Origin: Podarcis liolepis
Taxonomy: Eukaryota
NCBI GenBank assembly: GCA_965112155.1
Contig: OZ218102.1
Reading direction: 5' to 3' (one strand)
Length of the DNA: 64,000 bases
Shown here: piece after piece, positions 49,032 to 63,387 of the stretch
Position numbering within the stretch: the stretch's first letter is position 1
How the letters are laid out: every line of letters begins with the position of its first letter
Notes under the pieces: model-generated
Database searches by the model: none
The model's input: the letters and a program-made list of their open reading frames with translations, nothing else
What the model was told of the DNA's origin: nothing
Made by a program: the position numbers and the translations under genes

Positions 49032-50542
49032 TTAACATTGTAAAATGTCTATGTTTTAATTGCCCTCTAATTCATTGTCTCATCTCTCATCCAGCTTTTA
49101 CTGTTACTGGACTCTTTGGGGAGTGGGGAAAACAGTCTACAAGTTTATTCCTTCCTGCATTACTAAAGTACCTGAAGGCAACAAAAAGAAGGGGAGGGTG
49201 ATAAACAACTGAAAACTTTAAGGTAATATTACACACTGCTTAAGTCTTCCACATCTGAATGTGGAGGTATGTTCTTGTTTCTGGTTAATCCTAGACGAAC
49301 TGCATATGAAAGTAGCAACCCACATAATATGTAAGACCTAAGACACAAAGTACACCTTTGTCTCCTTGTAGAGGTTTAAACACATCCACAAGTAAAAAAA
49401 TGACACACAAGGTGAAGGCAAAACTGTGAACTAGTGTGATGTTCTACATCACTGATAAACACACACAGAGAGACACAGGTTGCCAAATACAGGCCAGGAA
49501 ACAAGTCAACAAAGTTGTGAGGATACAACCAGGAAGAAATGCCACCAATAAAATCGGAAATACTCAACTTCTTGGGTTTTTTGTTGTTGTTAGGGGGTGG
49601 ATATTGTAAAGCATGATGGCATTAACATGGTGTCAGGCTAAATGCAGCGTTTCATTGTGCATTCTGTGGGCTTTGGCTCTCTTGTGGGCTTCATCTGTCT
49701 TCATGGCTATTACATGCCTCTACTGTTTTGAGTGCCGTTTCCATATCAACCACTTCAGCATTAGCAACAGACTACCCAGTGTATTTGTTGCGGTTCTTTT
49801 CCTTCCTCCCAGACATGGTTACTTACAAACCACAAAGTTATATATACAAAACTGGCAATAACCTGAAGCATTTAAAGCAGTTTGGATTTCTTTCATCTCA
49901 TGTATTAATTTCCCTATGGAGGGCATTAAGCCAAAGTGTCCTAGAATTCCTTTTGGAAAGATTTGTTGACATAAACTTGACTTTTACCTTGCCATATCCT
50001 TGATTATTATGGAAGCGAATCTTCCGCTCCTCTCCCCTATCTTTGCATGTAAATTTCCTGTATGTGACAATGTTATTCTGTTATATTGACTTGTTTATTA
50101 GTGTGCATATTTATGTATATCTTTAAAACAAATACACACTTGTCTGGTTAAGAATATTATTTCCCTCACATTTCCAGTAGCTCCATGGGCCGTATTCACA
50201 TTTTCTAAGCTAAAATGAAACACACCTCATTTTTACCTTTTATATCAAGGAAATCAGTGGAACAAACAAACAAAAGTTGTACATTTGCAAGAGCTGTCAA
50301 AACAGCAGCAAATGATTCAGAGTGGAAGCTGCAGGTTCACCTTTAAATGTGAACATCAGTTGCAAAGTTAAAGGTTTGGAGAGCTGGAGTGTTGGAAAGA
50401 CTAACTGGGCTGTGAGTTTGGATGGATGGAAAACTATTTATTTACTTATTTGCTTACTTGCTTCTTTGGCACCCAGGGCAGATGTCCTGTCACAACCCTG
50501 GCCTATTGTGACATGGAACAGATCAACCACCAAAGCAAAATT

Positions 50543-51002
50543 CCATATTTTCCCGTGTATTAGATGAGGTTTTTTGACTCAAAAATCATGTCATAAAACT
50601 GGGGTTGTCGTATACACAGATAGTGGCATGGGGGGGGGGAGCTACGCGCTGCCAGCTAGCCAGCTAGATGGCGGGCACGCAACTCCCCCCCAATGCTGCT
50701 GCGGGAGGCGCGTGCTCAGGGGAGCATTTCCCGCAGCTACATTGAGGGGAAGCTGCGTGTGCCAGTCAGCTGGTTGATGGTCCACGCTCTAGGGAGCTTC
50801 CTGCCCACAGTGGCATGGGGCGAGCGGTTGCCCACTTTGCCAACCCCCAGCAACAGCCCTGCTGGGGTGATGGCACAAGTGCAATTTCCCCTTTAAAAAG
50901 CTCAACAACTTTGGGCCATCTCCCCTCATTTTCTTTAAAGTTAGTCCCCCAAAATACGGGGCATCTTATACATGCGGGCATCTTATACATGGAAAAATAC
51001 GG
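50543..51002. mobile_element. Tc1/pogo-like MITE
   Basis: TIRs CCATATTTTCCCGTGTAT...ATACATGGAAAAATACGG followed by TA; GC/CpG-rich interior. Confidence 0.8.
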
Positions 51003-51039
51003 TAACATGGAAAAGGAGACGTAGTAATTCCACACACTT

Positions 51040-51815
51040 AACATAAGTCAACTGTGTGATGCAGTAGCAGCGAAAGGGGTGGGGTGGGGGGGAAAGGTAA
51101 TGCTATTCTAGGCTGTATCAACAGAAGTATAGTGTCCAGATCAAGGGAAGTCCTGCCTTATTCTGCCTTGGTCAGACCACACATGGAGTACTGTGTCCAG
51201 TTCTGGACACAATTTAAAAAGGATATTGGCAAGCTGGAACGTGTGCAAAGGAGGGCAACCAAGATGATCAAGGGTCTGGAAACCAAGCCTTATGAAGAAC
51301 GGTTGAAGGAGCTGGGTATGTTTAGCCAAGAAAAGAGACTGAGAGGAGATTTGATAGCCCTTGAGATATTTCAAGGTGGCTATCACATGGAAGAGGGAAC
51401 AAGTTTGCTTTCTCCTGCTCTAGAGAAATGGCTTCAAGTTACAAGAAAGGAGATTCCAACTAAAGTTCAGGAAGACCTTTCTGATTGTAAGAGTTGTTCG
51501 ACAGTGGGACAGTGGTGATGGGCTCTCCTTCATTTGATGTTTTAAGCACTGGTTGTATGGCCATCTGTCATGAAGAAGAAGAGGAGTTTGGATTTGATAT
51601 CCTGCTTTATCACTACCCGAAGGAGTCTCAAAGCGGCTAACACGCTCCTTTCCCTTCCTTCACCACAACAAACACTCTGTGAGGTGAGTAGGGCTGAGAG
51701 ACTTCAAAGAAGTGTGACTAGCCCAAGGTCACCCAGCAGCTGCATGAATGTTAGTTGAGATTCCTGCATTGCAAGAGATTGAACTATGGGTCGTTTTCAA
51801 TTGTACAGTTCTATA
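51040..51815 (+). mobile_element. CR1 LINE 3' fragment with a nested SINE 3' end (about 51572-51745, -)
   Basis: [17 protein letters not shown]...YCVQFW...[16 protein letters not shown]; insert has a (CTT)n tail and is flanked by catgaa repeats. Confidence 0.9.
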
Positions 51816-52529
51816 GTAGCATTACCTTAAGTCCCCTGTGGCTGGAAGATGCTGCCCACAGAAAGGAACGAACTATTTAGTATGCCTGCAAGAAGCAAAT
51901 CTGCAGCTTGACTTCTATCACTTCAATTTGTAATGCTCATTTTATTTTTTTGTAGTGGTTTGTATAACTGCATTGGTAATTTAATTTTGGGGAGGAGATG
52001 TCGCAGAAACCATAGTTCAGAGATGCTGGACTTTTTTTTTAAAAAAAAGGAAAACATCTCATTTACTTTATTAGTTGATCTTCAATGGCTGTTCAATGTG
52101 GTTTGTGCATGAATCATTCCAGATTGTAAGTGGGCCTCCCTAAATAACTGCAAATGCTTTACTGAGTGAATGACAGACTCACAATGCAGCTTCAAAGTAT
52201 TGGGAAAGGAAGTGATGCACCAAACCAAATAAATCAACAATACTCCACTCATATTAGATTTTTGTTACTGTGATGGAGTCCAGATTTTGCTTTTGTAAGC
52301 TATGGCCAGTATTTTTGCTGGCCTAATAACCGACCTAGGTGTCATGTAATACTACTGATCTATATCAGGAATGGTGAATCTTTTTTATATCCTCATACAC
52401 ACATACTCATAGAAGGGTCTAGATGAAAGTTTCCTACCCCTGTTCTATATGTAGGGAAACCCATCATTATAAGCTACTGAAAATAAACCAGCATATCTAA
52501 AGACAATAGCCTTATGGGCCAGTATTTGT

Positions 52530-52668
52530 TTTCTGTGGAGAACTGCTTTCTGTACAGTCACACTGATCTCCAAGATCTCAGTCTTTCCAACCCAGCCACC
52601 CGCTAAGATACTTTAAACTGGAGGTGTGTAGGACTTAACCTGGGACCGTCCACATGTAAAGCATGACA
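52530..52668 (-). mobile_element. Degenerate tRNA-derived SINE (Squam3-like)
   Basis: Reverse complement reads catgctttacatgtggacggtcccaggttaagtcc...ctccagtttaaag. Confidence 0.55.
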
Positions 52669-55600
52669 AAGCAATAACCTCTTCGTTTTAGGAATTTTTT
52701 CAGATCTTCCCGTTTTCCAAAACATTTTCAAGCACTCAAGAACATCTATCAAGCCTAGAGTCTTGTACCTTAGAGATCAGACATGGGGACAGTGAATGCA
52801 AATAATATTTGTGTTATGCTACAAGAGTAAATCTGTGTACAGATAATTGTGTAGTACGGTCTCCACTAAACGATTATGGAGGTTAAACTGTGAATACAGT
52901 TGCAGAAAAGCTTGAGGAATGAAACAAAACTCCGTTGTTTTTCTTCCATAGTTTCACTGAACTATGAAGTAGTAACTAGCATCAATATAAATGTAGAAGT
53001 GAATCTTATCAGTGAAAAAAAATGACTAGGCTAACTTCCAACAGTTTCCGCAAGCATATTATACAACTTTTTAAGTTGTCACTTTATTCCTCTCACATTC
53101 TAACTCTCAGTTTACCAGCAGGACCATCTCACATGCTTTCCTCATTAATAGGCGAACAAACAAGTAACAAAACTGCATGACTAGCTTTTCAAGTACTACT
53201 TGTAAAAGAGGCTTTATACAAGAATGTGTACTAGGCAAACACATTTATCACACAGTGATTCATTTTTCCTTCCACAGAATTAAAATCAACTTTGAGAAAC
53301 AACAATTTACAAATAATTTTAAGCAGGGTCTAATTTGAAAACTGCATTGATGTTGAATAAGTGTCAAGACTTTAATTTATAAAGTTACAAGTACGTAGCA
53401 TAGTTCATGGCACAAAATCATAAGCATATATTTTAATTATGCATATATGTATGTATTTATAGTCTGCTTTCGTAAATGTTTATCAAGGCAACATACAACA
53501 TGCAAAAGGAAAATTAATTCAGTAAAGCATCAATAAAACACCACTAAAACACCAGAAAATATTAGGTTATAAGGAAAAATATAATGTAGTAAACATCTAT
53601 ATAAACAGTTTTCATACAGCATTTATCTCCCTTGAATGGCCTATTTGAAGTTAGCTGAATTTGAAAACATTCCATTATTTCCAAATAGTAAAAATACAGT
53701 ATTACAAGTCTGTTGAGCTTAATAGGACCATAGATTGAATGCTACAGACTCGATGCAAGAGCTCCTTTATAAAAGCTGCTGTTGGCAGAACAGAACACAA
53801 TTATACGCAGAATTGAGAAGATTTTTCTCCAAGAGGTGATAACTGTGCTCTACCACTTTGAGTTTCTAACTTAAATGTGATGTAAATTAAGAAACAAAAT
53901 GTACTGCATCTATATGCATAAAGGCAACACACCTAAGCATAATTCTGCAAGTGTTACTATTTTATCCATAATTATCAAGCTTTAAGACTATATTAAAGTA
54001 ACTATTATGTTTGGGTCAAAATGTCTTCTTTCAAATGGGTAAACTCTTATTAACATAAGAATGCTAAAACAAAGAAACAGGCAACACATTAAGAGTGGAC
54101 TAGGAAATTCTATGTAGGATTATGGAGATTGCTTAGGTAACAATCTCCTCCCCATGGAATTCTATTGGGGGCAGGCTCTCCCGACCCTCCAGAGCAGATT
54201 TAAAGAAGATACAGAGAGTACCAGCCCTGTTGCATCAGTGGGAGTGTTCGCACTGCTAGTAGAATGGGATGACTGAATTTGACCCTAAGGCTGCAACCCT
54301 AGAGTTTTCTATTTGAGGGGAAGCTCCATTTAGTTCAGTGGCACTTATACTTCTGGGCTGATGTTCACAGGATTGCACTGAAGGGACAGATTCCTTAACT
54401 TTTTGCCTTTTATATATCCTTCTAACTGTCTGCCCCTACTAGGTGCAGATTTTCCATCATCAATCAAGTACATGGAAATAGCCTCTTCAATATTTCCACA
54501 GATTTCTTTCTTCTGTTGCACTGGTTAGTATTACTGTATCTGTCAAAGATTTGGGAAATCATGCTATCAGTAAAAGTGACAAGAGCCAGGTCAATACCCT
54601 TCCTGCAAACAGACACTATTTATTCTTTCTCCTCATCTTATCTCTTCCGTCTGCCATCACTCTGAAAATAACTTTAGTGTAAATACTGCTGGTGCTTGGG
54701 ACACTTTTGTGCATCCTGACCAATCATCTGATTTGAGAACCAAGGGATTAGGAAATCTGGGCACACAATGCAATTATCAGACTTTCCTGCCCCCCATGGC
54801 ATCCAGACAATTCTAATGCAGGCAGGATAGAACTTTACATGCCATTTCCAAAGTACTTCCCAAAACAACAGTGCAACAGAAACTATGTATTGGGCTTATT
54901 CACCCTTGTGGCTTCAAAGTCATTAGCTCCAATGTTAGAAGCCGCAGGCTTCACACATGCACACAATTCTTTCATTATGACACACTGTGTTACACATGAC
55001 AGTGTTAAGGAGATTGCATGCATTGCCCTTTGTCTTAAAAGCATGACTTTTTAAACATTGGTACAAAGATAAAAGAAGCTGCATGCATTTTCCAAAGCAC
55101 TGTCCAGTGCTAAGCACCATCTCCACTGCAAACCAAGACAGGATAGTTAGTGGGTGGTGGCAGAGTGAGGGGAAAGGAGCCAAGTGAATGAGAAGCATGA
55201 GGGTGAGTGACGTTTACTTAAGATCCTTAAGAGGTTGCCATCCACAACTGCCATTAATTCAGCTAGCTGGAACCAATGTAAGTTGGAACCCAACAGCAAC
55301 TGATGGCCAAAGATTCACCATCCTGCTTTAGTATGTAAGGCTCAGCTGAAAGCTCCTATGTAGAATTGGGATGAGAGTGGAGGGAAAGGGAATCCCCTGA
55401 AAAGAATTTGGAAGTGGAGAAAGTACAACTTCTGCCTGGAGTTATTCATAGCAGCTGACATTTTTACTAAAATCCCTCAGAGTGATGCAATATTGCTTGG
55501 TGGGATGGGACTGATGGCACTAGGATCATTTCAGGACAGTAAAAGCAAATCTTGCACCCCAAGGATTTAGTCTTCTCTTCAAAAATTGTCAAAGTATCTC

Positions 55601-56730
55601 CATTTTGTTGCACAGAAAGGTTAAAGCCTAATACTTTTGTGGACTATGTACTGCCACATTAACTTTCTCACTATCCCCTCCCTCTTGCCTATTTTTCAGC
55701 TAACAAAAACATGGACTGTGCCTAATGAAGTTTAATCTAATCTCATTGCTGCTTGCCTTCCAGCAGGCAGCTAAGACTTACAATTATCTATGCTCTGGTC
55801 ACATTCCATTTATACAACATATACATGGGGCTGTCTTTAAGCAATGCATCTGGTTCAAAAATAAGTAGTTAGGCTCCCAATGAGGATGGGCAAAAAGAAA
55901 GAAGAAGCAGCTTGCCAGTCTCAAAATGACTGCCAATAGCTTCCAATCTATTTAAGATGACAATTCAAAAACAGATTTTAATCTTTTTCAGGCAAGCCTC
56001 CCTATGAAGAAAAATCCATAATCAAAATGCTACAATGGAAAAAGCATTTCCATCTGTATTAGTTCCCCAACAGTAGATGAGACTAGGCCATACTTTCCTA
56101 CAGTTTTGCTGTCCCTGAGTAACCAAGAGTTGTTCAGTATTCTTTGTGACAAGGAGGTAGCTGCTCCTTTACTGGCTGATGGGTTCAGACTGGTCTCTCC
56201 TTACCATGATAAGAGGAAGAGGGTGCATCCTCCCAATGGCCTTTGGCCCCCGTGCAAAAGGCAGAGTTGGAGTACACAGCTCTGCTGTCCCAGGACAAAT
56301 GTCTTCATAAAAAACAGAATAAATTATACTAATGCTTTTAAAAAGATGGCTTAGATTCACAGGTAACATATCTACAGATAAATTAATATTTTAAAGCAAC
56401 AACCTAGAAATCTATATAAGGTTAATCCCATATTCTTGGCTGTATTAGAATACAAACCTCACATTATTTCCACATACATCTTGAGAGCAGAACTGCAATA
56501 CACTTGGCATGATACAAATGTGCGCACTTTGTGACTACTATACTATACACTGTAATTCGAGGAATTAAAAAGAACAACCTGTTTGTTTGACTAAGTTGTG
56601 AGCAGAGGGAAATAGTGCTGGAAGCAGTAATGTCAACATCACAATATGCTAATAAAGCATTCTATGCAACTCAGAATTTTGCATACGAATGCCTCCTTAG
56701 GTTGCTTCAGTATCATTGACCTGCAGGGTG

Positions 56731-56806
56731 TTTTGTGTCACCTTAAAGACTAACAGTTGCATTGTCACATGAGCTTTCATACATCATAGCCCCTTTGTCA
56801 GATGCA
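56731..56806 (-). mobile_element. Penelope-like element terminal fragment
   Basis: gtgtcaccttaaagactaacag...gagctttc...tcagatgca, typical of a reptile Penelope terminal repeat. Confidence 0.75.
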
Positions 56807-57629
56807 ATATTTATCTGCTTTCTATCTTCTGTCATTTCCAACCACAACAGCCACTATCTACTGAACAGCCTATTCATAATGCTTTCTTCAGAAAAAAAAA
56901 CATGCCAATATAAAGCTTTTCAGTCTGGAGAAAGGAAATGGCTGAAAATTCTGTAACCCGAGGCAAACATTTGTTGCTATCCAATGTTCAAGCATGTAAT
57001 ATGATCACCAAGAGCAAGTTTTGCTTTTATTATAATGGGTTCCTTACCATTAGAACTCAATTAGAAGCCCCAGAGGAATATTTCTCTTCCTACTGATAAA
57101 AACCATATGCATAAAAATTGCCTTAATGAAAGTTTGAAACATTTGTTCACTTCAATTCAGGAAATAGTGTGTAAGATGACATCACATAACAATAAAATGA
57201 CAAGAAAGATCAAACATCTAAGCTTCCAGAAGTCTGATTTAGTTTAATATAACTGCTACTTTTTCAAATTATAGTGAATTTAATTTGGATTCTTACCCAG
57301 ATCAAGTTTGAAATGACCAAAATACTGAAACAACGAATTCTGCAAAGGTTTCCACATATATCAGTTAGTGAACTGCTTTGGGTAGCAGTCTCAGTGCCCT
57401 TCTCCCTAGTTACGAAAGTCACAACTTTCAGCTTGTTTTGTTGGGTTTCCTTTATTAGCTTTTATGAATTATATCAAATTTACTACTTTAAATTCAACTG
57501 AAGTTATCTTATTCTTTTAAAAAATCAAAATAAACACAACAGGGCCACAACATTTTGATTGATGGATTACTGACAACCCTGGATCCCCAATACACATCCA
57601 ATCCATATTCCTCTTTGGAATATCTAGAC

Positions 57630-57890
57630 CAGAAGTAGGGAATCTTTTTGGCTGGGGGAGCAGACCTTTACTTTCCGCCACCTTGTGGGTCAACTTTGAC
57701 AGGTGAGTGGGGTGACCCATGGGGGTGGGGTCTGCTTTGCCAATACATTCACTGTGGGGAATTCAACTCCACGCCCAGCTCATACCTGATACCACTCAGT
57801 GATGTTAACTGATCGACAGTCAGTGTTCTTTGGTGGAAATGGGACTCATAGGTCTACTAGGACATCCAAGGGCAGAGGTTTCCCACACCA
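57630..57890. mobile_element. hAT-type non-autonomous element
   Basis: Perfect 8-bp TSD atctagac at 57622-57629 and 57891-57898; degenerate TIRs. Confidence 0.75.
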
Positions 57891-59512
57891 ATCTAGACAG
57901 ACCTCAAACCTGCCCATTGCTAACATGGCATTCTTTATAAAGAAATGAAAAGCACTATACTATTTATACAGTTATAAGATGAATAGTTATAGAGATACCT
58001 TTATGCAGCCTTGATACAGTTAATTGTATCCTGTTATAAAATCACGGGTGCTAACATTGGTAGCACTCAGAACCCAGCCATTAATCAATGGCTTTAAATA
58101 ATTATCTACTCTTAGCATAACTTGGATATCACCTCTTATTAGACAGTAAATCAAGTCCCAGAAAATAATAGTTTACAGAATGCCTTTTTTTTTTTACTCA
58201 ACAAAATGCAGGTTTTTAAAAAATAGGCTCAATTATGGCTTATAATGTAAAATGTTTTAATATATATTTATTCTGTCCTGAAAGTATATTAAATGCTATC
58301 AATATGTTGAAAACCATATCCTACCCATTCTGCTTATTATTGCAGAATTCCACAAGTCTCCTAGAAATCGTTTACAGAGATTAGAGGCCAGTCTAAGGCA
58401 CAAAACTAAAAATGGATAATTAAGTGGAGAATAGCAACAGACAGCTGGAAGGAAAAATTAACTACTGTTTTAACAAATGCTTAACTGTACAACCGATGGT
58501 CATTTCCACATCTTGGGAAACAGAAACTGACAGATGGCAGCAATCTATAAAGTTTATTCATAGTTCCTTATTCAATTCAGAGATAAATATGCAGCATGAA
58601 AAAGAAACTGAAATCTGAGCAAATAAAACCACAAAATGGCTTTAGGAAATCCCAAACCATGGCACTAGGAGACTGCTCAGAAAATAGTGTCCTAGAAGTG
58701 CTATATTCAAGACAAAACTGAAATCATGAGTTTTTTCTACCATAAAAATATATTTTAGCAAAAATATATACATGAACAGCTAATACGCCCTTTTGGTACC
58801 TTGCTTCCTCCTCTTAAAATAAATGTTTGAGGTTAACAAGAATTAACTCATACCTTGGAGAAAATGACTTGCCTTATAAAGGGATGGGTGGATACAGTCT
58901 ACATACACACTCCATGTACTGAAGTGTGAAAGAAAGACTCCAGATTACTCATGAGGTATACACCCAGCTCATAAGTGACTAATGAAAGATGGCAAGAATC
59001 AGCATGTACACCATACTTCCTTGATTTGAAGAATTAAAAATTATTAACCCTGGATAATATCAACTGCACTATTATGCATACTGATATGCCATCTTGGGCT
59101 TCTTTGGGAAGAAAGGTGGGATGTAAACTAATAAGATTTCTGTGCTTGTGTATAACAGAGGAAGTTAGTTGCTTTTGTTTTCAACTCATTGCAGGAATTG
59201 AGAATGTTGTGTCTGATGTGCAATAATAGATAAGCATAGCTAGTCTTTTCTACTGTTATGAATCTTAATCCCATACTGAATCCAAGATTTCTGTGCTGCT
59301 CAGGAACATGAAAGCATACTCCATGATTAAAGCAAGGAATTGGATGATTAAAATATCAAACGTACAGCCTTAAACAATTATGGTACTTTTCACTAAAGTT
59401 GAAGAGAATATCACTGCATGTGCAAAACTTCCAGAAGCTAACATGATGCAATATGTTCAGGAGATTGGCATCTATAACTGTATGAATGAGTCATACAAGA
59501 CACACTTTAAAC

Positions 59513-59845
59513 CAGGGGTCTGCAACCCGTGGCTCCGGAGCCGCATGTGGCTCTTTTACACCTTTGCCGCGGCTCCGGGGCGGATACTAGCGAGGGGAGG
59601 CGGCGCATTGTGCGCCCCGACACTCCCCACTGTGGCGGGCGCTGTACTGGCTGTGATGTCGCATGGGGGCAGTGCGTGCGTTAGTCACGCACCGTCCCGA
59701 CGTCACCTTCCTGCCCGCTGTCAGATCGCGGCTCCGGAGATATATTTGTTTTAAATGTCGCAATGGTTTTGCGGCTCCCAGGTTTTTTTTTTCTTCGAAA
59801 ACGGGTCCAAGTGGCTCTTTTTGTCTTAAAGGTTGCAGACCCCTG
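59513..59845. mobile_element. Young hAT MITE
   Basis: Perfect 15-bp TIR CAGGGGTCTGCAACC; perfect 8-bp TSD ctttaaac; CpG-rich. Confidence 0.95.
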
Positions 59846-60012
59846 CTTTAAACCATGTTCCACAGAAATGCTGTATCAGGATGTGCAATATATGGTGTTC
59901 TGGGAGTTGCTAAATCACAACTCCCATCATCCCTAGCTACTAACCATACTGACAATGGCTACTGGGAGATGGAGTCTTACAATACCTGGAGGGCCACAGG
60001 TTTCCCTTGTGC

Positions 60013-60013
<1 letters not shown>

Positions 60014-60045
<32 letters not shown>

Positions 60046-60161
60046 TATTTATTTCTACCCAACCCATCCGGCTGGGTTTCCCCAGCCACTCTAGGTGGCT
60101 TCCAACAGAAGGTTAAAAATACATCAAAACATCAAACATTAAAAACTTCCCTAAACAGGGC
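60014..60161 (-). mobile_element. 3' end of the same L2 family as 15714-16100, with an (ATT)n tail
   Basis: ggctgggtttccccagccactct...ggcttcca is the reverse complement of the 16000 region. Confidence 0.85.
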
Positions 60162-60419
60162 TATATCTCTCCACCATAATTTTCTAAAAGTAAAAGTGAT
60201 TTTTTGGTAGTATTTTATGTTCCTCTTTTAATGCTAATGAAAAGCTAAAACAAAGATTTAGCTTTGTGTATTCCAACACTTACACTTTGGCTTTCTATGC
60301 AAATGCAGTTAAGGTGGCTAAATACAAAAACAAAACAATATAATCAAGTAGAATCTAATGAAACCAGCAGAGAGCAAACGAAATACTGTATTCAAAAAGT
60401 CTCAGTTAAAAAATGCCCA

Positions 60420-60850
60420 CTGAAAGCAACAGTTTTCAAGGCATGTTTGAAAGCAGGTAATAAAGAGGCATATAAACGTCCCAGGAGAAATTATTCCATA
60501 ACCTGGGTGCAACCATCGAAAAGGCCTCTCTCATTCCAACTAGCTGCACCTGTGTCAGCAGAAGGACAGCAAACCTCAAGCTGATTTGTCCAGTCCAGGC
60601 TGTCAGGGCATTTAAGGCCCAATCAACCTCTTGAATTGAGCCTGGAAAGAAATCAAAAGCTGTTAAATTGGTACAACCAAATTCCTGGTGACTCCAGATA
60701 ACAGTTTCGCAGCAGTATTCTGAACCAATTGAACTGTGTTCAAGAGGAGCCCCATGTAGAATACTTTACATAATCCAACCTGGGAGTGACTAAGCCATGA
60801 ACAAATGAGACTTGATCTGATTTCTCAATGAAAGGGTGCAAGATAGTAAT
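60420..60850 (-). mobile_element. Old L2 LINE fragment
   Basis: attccataacctgggtgcaaccatcgaaaaggcc and taatccaacctgggagtgactaag motifs of L2 reverse transcriptase. Confidence 0.6.
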
Positions 60851-61109
60851 AATAATAATAATAATAAATTTATTACCAGATAGTTATGTCACAGGCACCT
60901 GCATAAATAGGGCAGATCCAGGAACCACCCCCAAATCTATGAGCCTGATGCTGGGAGTGCAACCTGGCATATAACAGATTAAATATTTATTGCAAGAACA
61001 GTAGTACTACCAACCAAAACAAATGAGAGGTTCAGGGGAATCAACAGGATCACAGTCCTCCATCTCCCAGGACAGGTCACCCAACAGGGTGAACAAGGCA
61101 ATCTCTTTT

Positions 61110-61885
61110 TTTAAATGATAGTTTTGCAATTTAAAATACACATCAACAATTCCTTTTACATTGACATATGTCTTCTACATTATTTTTCCCTGCATATTTG
61201 CATACTTTAAATAATAATTATTGACTTCCCTCTACCTCTTAACAGCTTCTTCTCACTTTATTTCATTTTCTTTTGTACCATGTCAAAATCCTAACAAACC
61301 TTTCTTTACAGCAAAAGCCTCCAAAGGTGATAACCACCATGGTGTATTTGGTTCTAATAACTTTTTGGTAACATTCCCAGACTGAGTATTTTCTAATTAT
61401 ATGCTCGAGGAAGCCTCTATGTGCTTTCACTCTGTTATAGCCCAAATACCCCTGCCAGCCGAATCTATTATCCCACCCCTCTATGTCCAATGTATTTGTG
61501 TTTTTCAAAATCATCCATTCCTTTGTCGAGCAAAGACATACAGCTTCATAGTATAATCTGAGGTCTGGCAATGCAAAGCCCCCCTCTGTCCTTTTTCACC
61601 GTCAAAAGTTTATACTTAATTCTAGGTTTTTTGCCTTGCCATATGAACTTTGCTAGTTCTTTCTGCCACTATTTAAAGCAGCTTGTCCTGCTTATTATAG
61701 GGATCATTTGGAATAAGAATAGCATTTTTGGCAGCACTGACATCTTGACAGTCAAGATTCTTCCCCATAACAATAGATTTAGTCTACTCCAAATTTCCAG
61801 GTCTTTTTTTATCTCCATCCATACTTCCACATAATTATTGATATATATATATATTTGTAGAGATCCAAATTCCTAGATATTTGAT
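61110..61885 (-). mobile_element. Degenerate L1-clade LINE ORF2 fragment
   Basis: GGFALPDLRLYYEAVCL...EG...FGWQGYL and IKYLGIWI motifs, with frameshifts. Confidence 0.85.
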
Positions 61886-63035
61886 CTTTTTGAACAAGGC
61901 AATCTCAGTCCCACACCAAAATGAAGAGTACAGCACTGAAATACTATCATATGAAGAGCCCTGGTGAATCAGACCATAGACCCATCTAGTCCAGTAACCT
62001 ATTCTCACTGCAACAACAAGATGCCTAGAGGAAGTTTCAAAGCAGGATCTGAGCACATTCTTCCCTACTTTCAAACGCCAACAACTGGTACACAGAGGTA
62101 TACTACCTCGTACATAACGAAACTATAGAATTGGCTCTTATAAGATGTAGTGACAACCAGTAAACTGGATGTCCTTAAAAGATCATTCGTAAAATTAGTA
62201 CCATGCACTAAAGAATGAGATGCCTGAAAATTGTATTAGTGCTTCCTCTGAGTGTGTTTTTCCTGAAAACACTTAATACTTGTTCTACAATCTCTAATAT
62301 GCAAACCTCCCAATTCTGCTCTCTGATGAGCTCATGCTTTAAAATGCTGTTTTGCATATATTCACATATATTCCCCCAACCACCATAAATCAGCAATTCA
62401 AAACCAAAGGCATAGTACTGTATCTATGAGGAATGGGATTCTTCCTTTTAGGAGTTACTTCATAAAGATCTTGCTAAGCCTAAGCCAACTGTTTAGAAAG
62501 CAGCTTGTCATCTAGAGAAAGGAAGGTTGAAGTGATAAGCAGCACTTGCAGAAGTCATACAAAAACAATGTTATATGAAAAACACACACAAAATTGAGTA
62601 TTTTCCCCCTAGCAATGTACTTTGTTGAAAGAAACTAATTTCATGCTTTCATAACAAACTGCATCTAGTAAGGCCTGCATTTTGACAGTGGTGAAATGAA
62701 GAGAATCCAGCATATATACATGCAAGAAACTCTTCTATTTTTTATAAATGAAATTCAAAACCGGTCATAGTTGAAAAACCAGCCAACAAGAAAAACTTTG
62801 CAATACCAAAGAGGGGGGAAAGGGTGGATAAATGATCCAATACTTTTCCATCTCATATTTCTATTATTCTAAACTGCGACAATTCATAGAATCAAAGAAC
62901 TGTAAAGTTGGAAGGCTGGCATGATCAAAAGAAAAACCATGTTTGCCCTAAGATGTAAACAACAGAACAACCAAAATCATTCTAAGGATAATGAAATCTT
63001 TATGATATAATGAGATGTTCCCAAGTTACAGGTTA

Positions 63036-63260
<225 letters not shown>

Positions 63261-63387
63261 TTAAACTACCAGCAACTCAAAAACCGTATCAAAACCTCAG
63301 AGTAGACAACAGTTTGGCTTTTTCCAACACCTTTCTTCCTTGCTTTATGATCCAAAGGGATAAAAGGCACACAACTGCGGCAGTTAT

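Noticed and set aside
51084-51518. 144-aa ORF in SLK intron 1
   Set aside because: CR1 reverse-transcriptase remnant
59855-60210. Poly-Ile / poly-Asn ORFs
   Set aside because: Translation of the (AAT)n LINE tail
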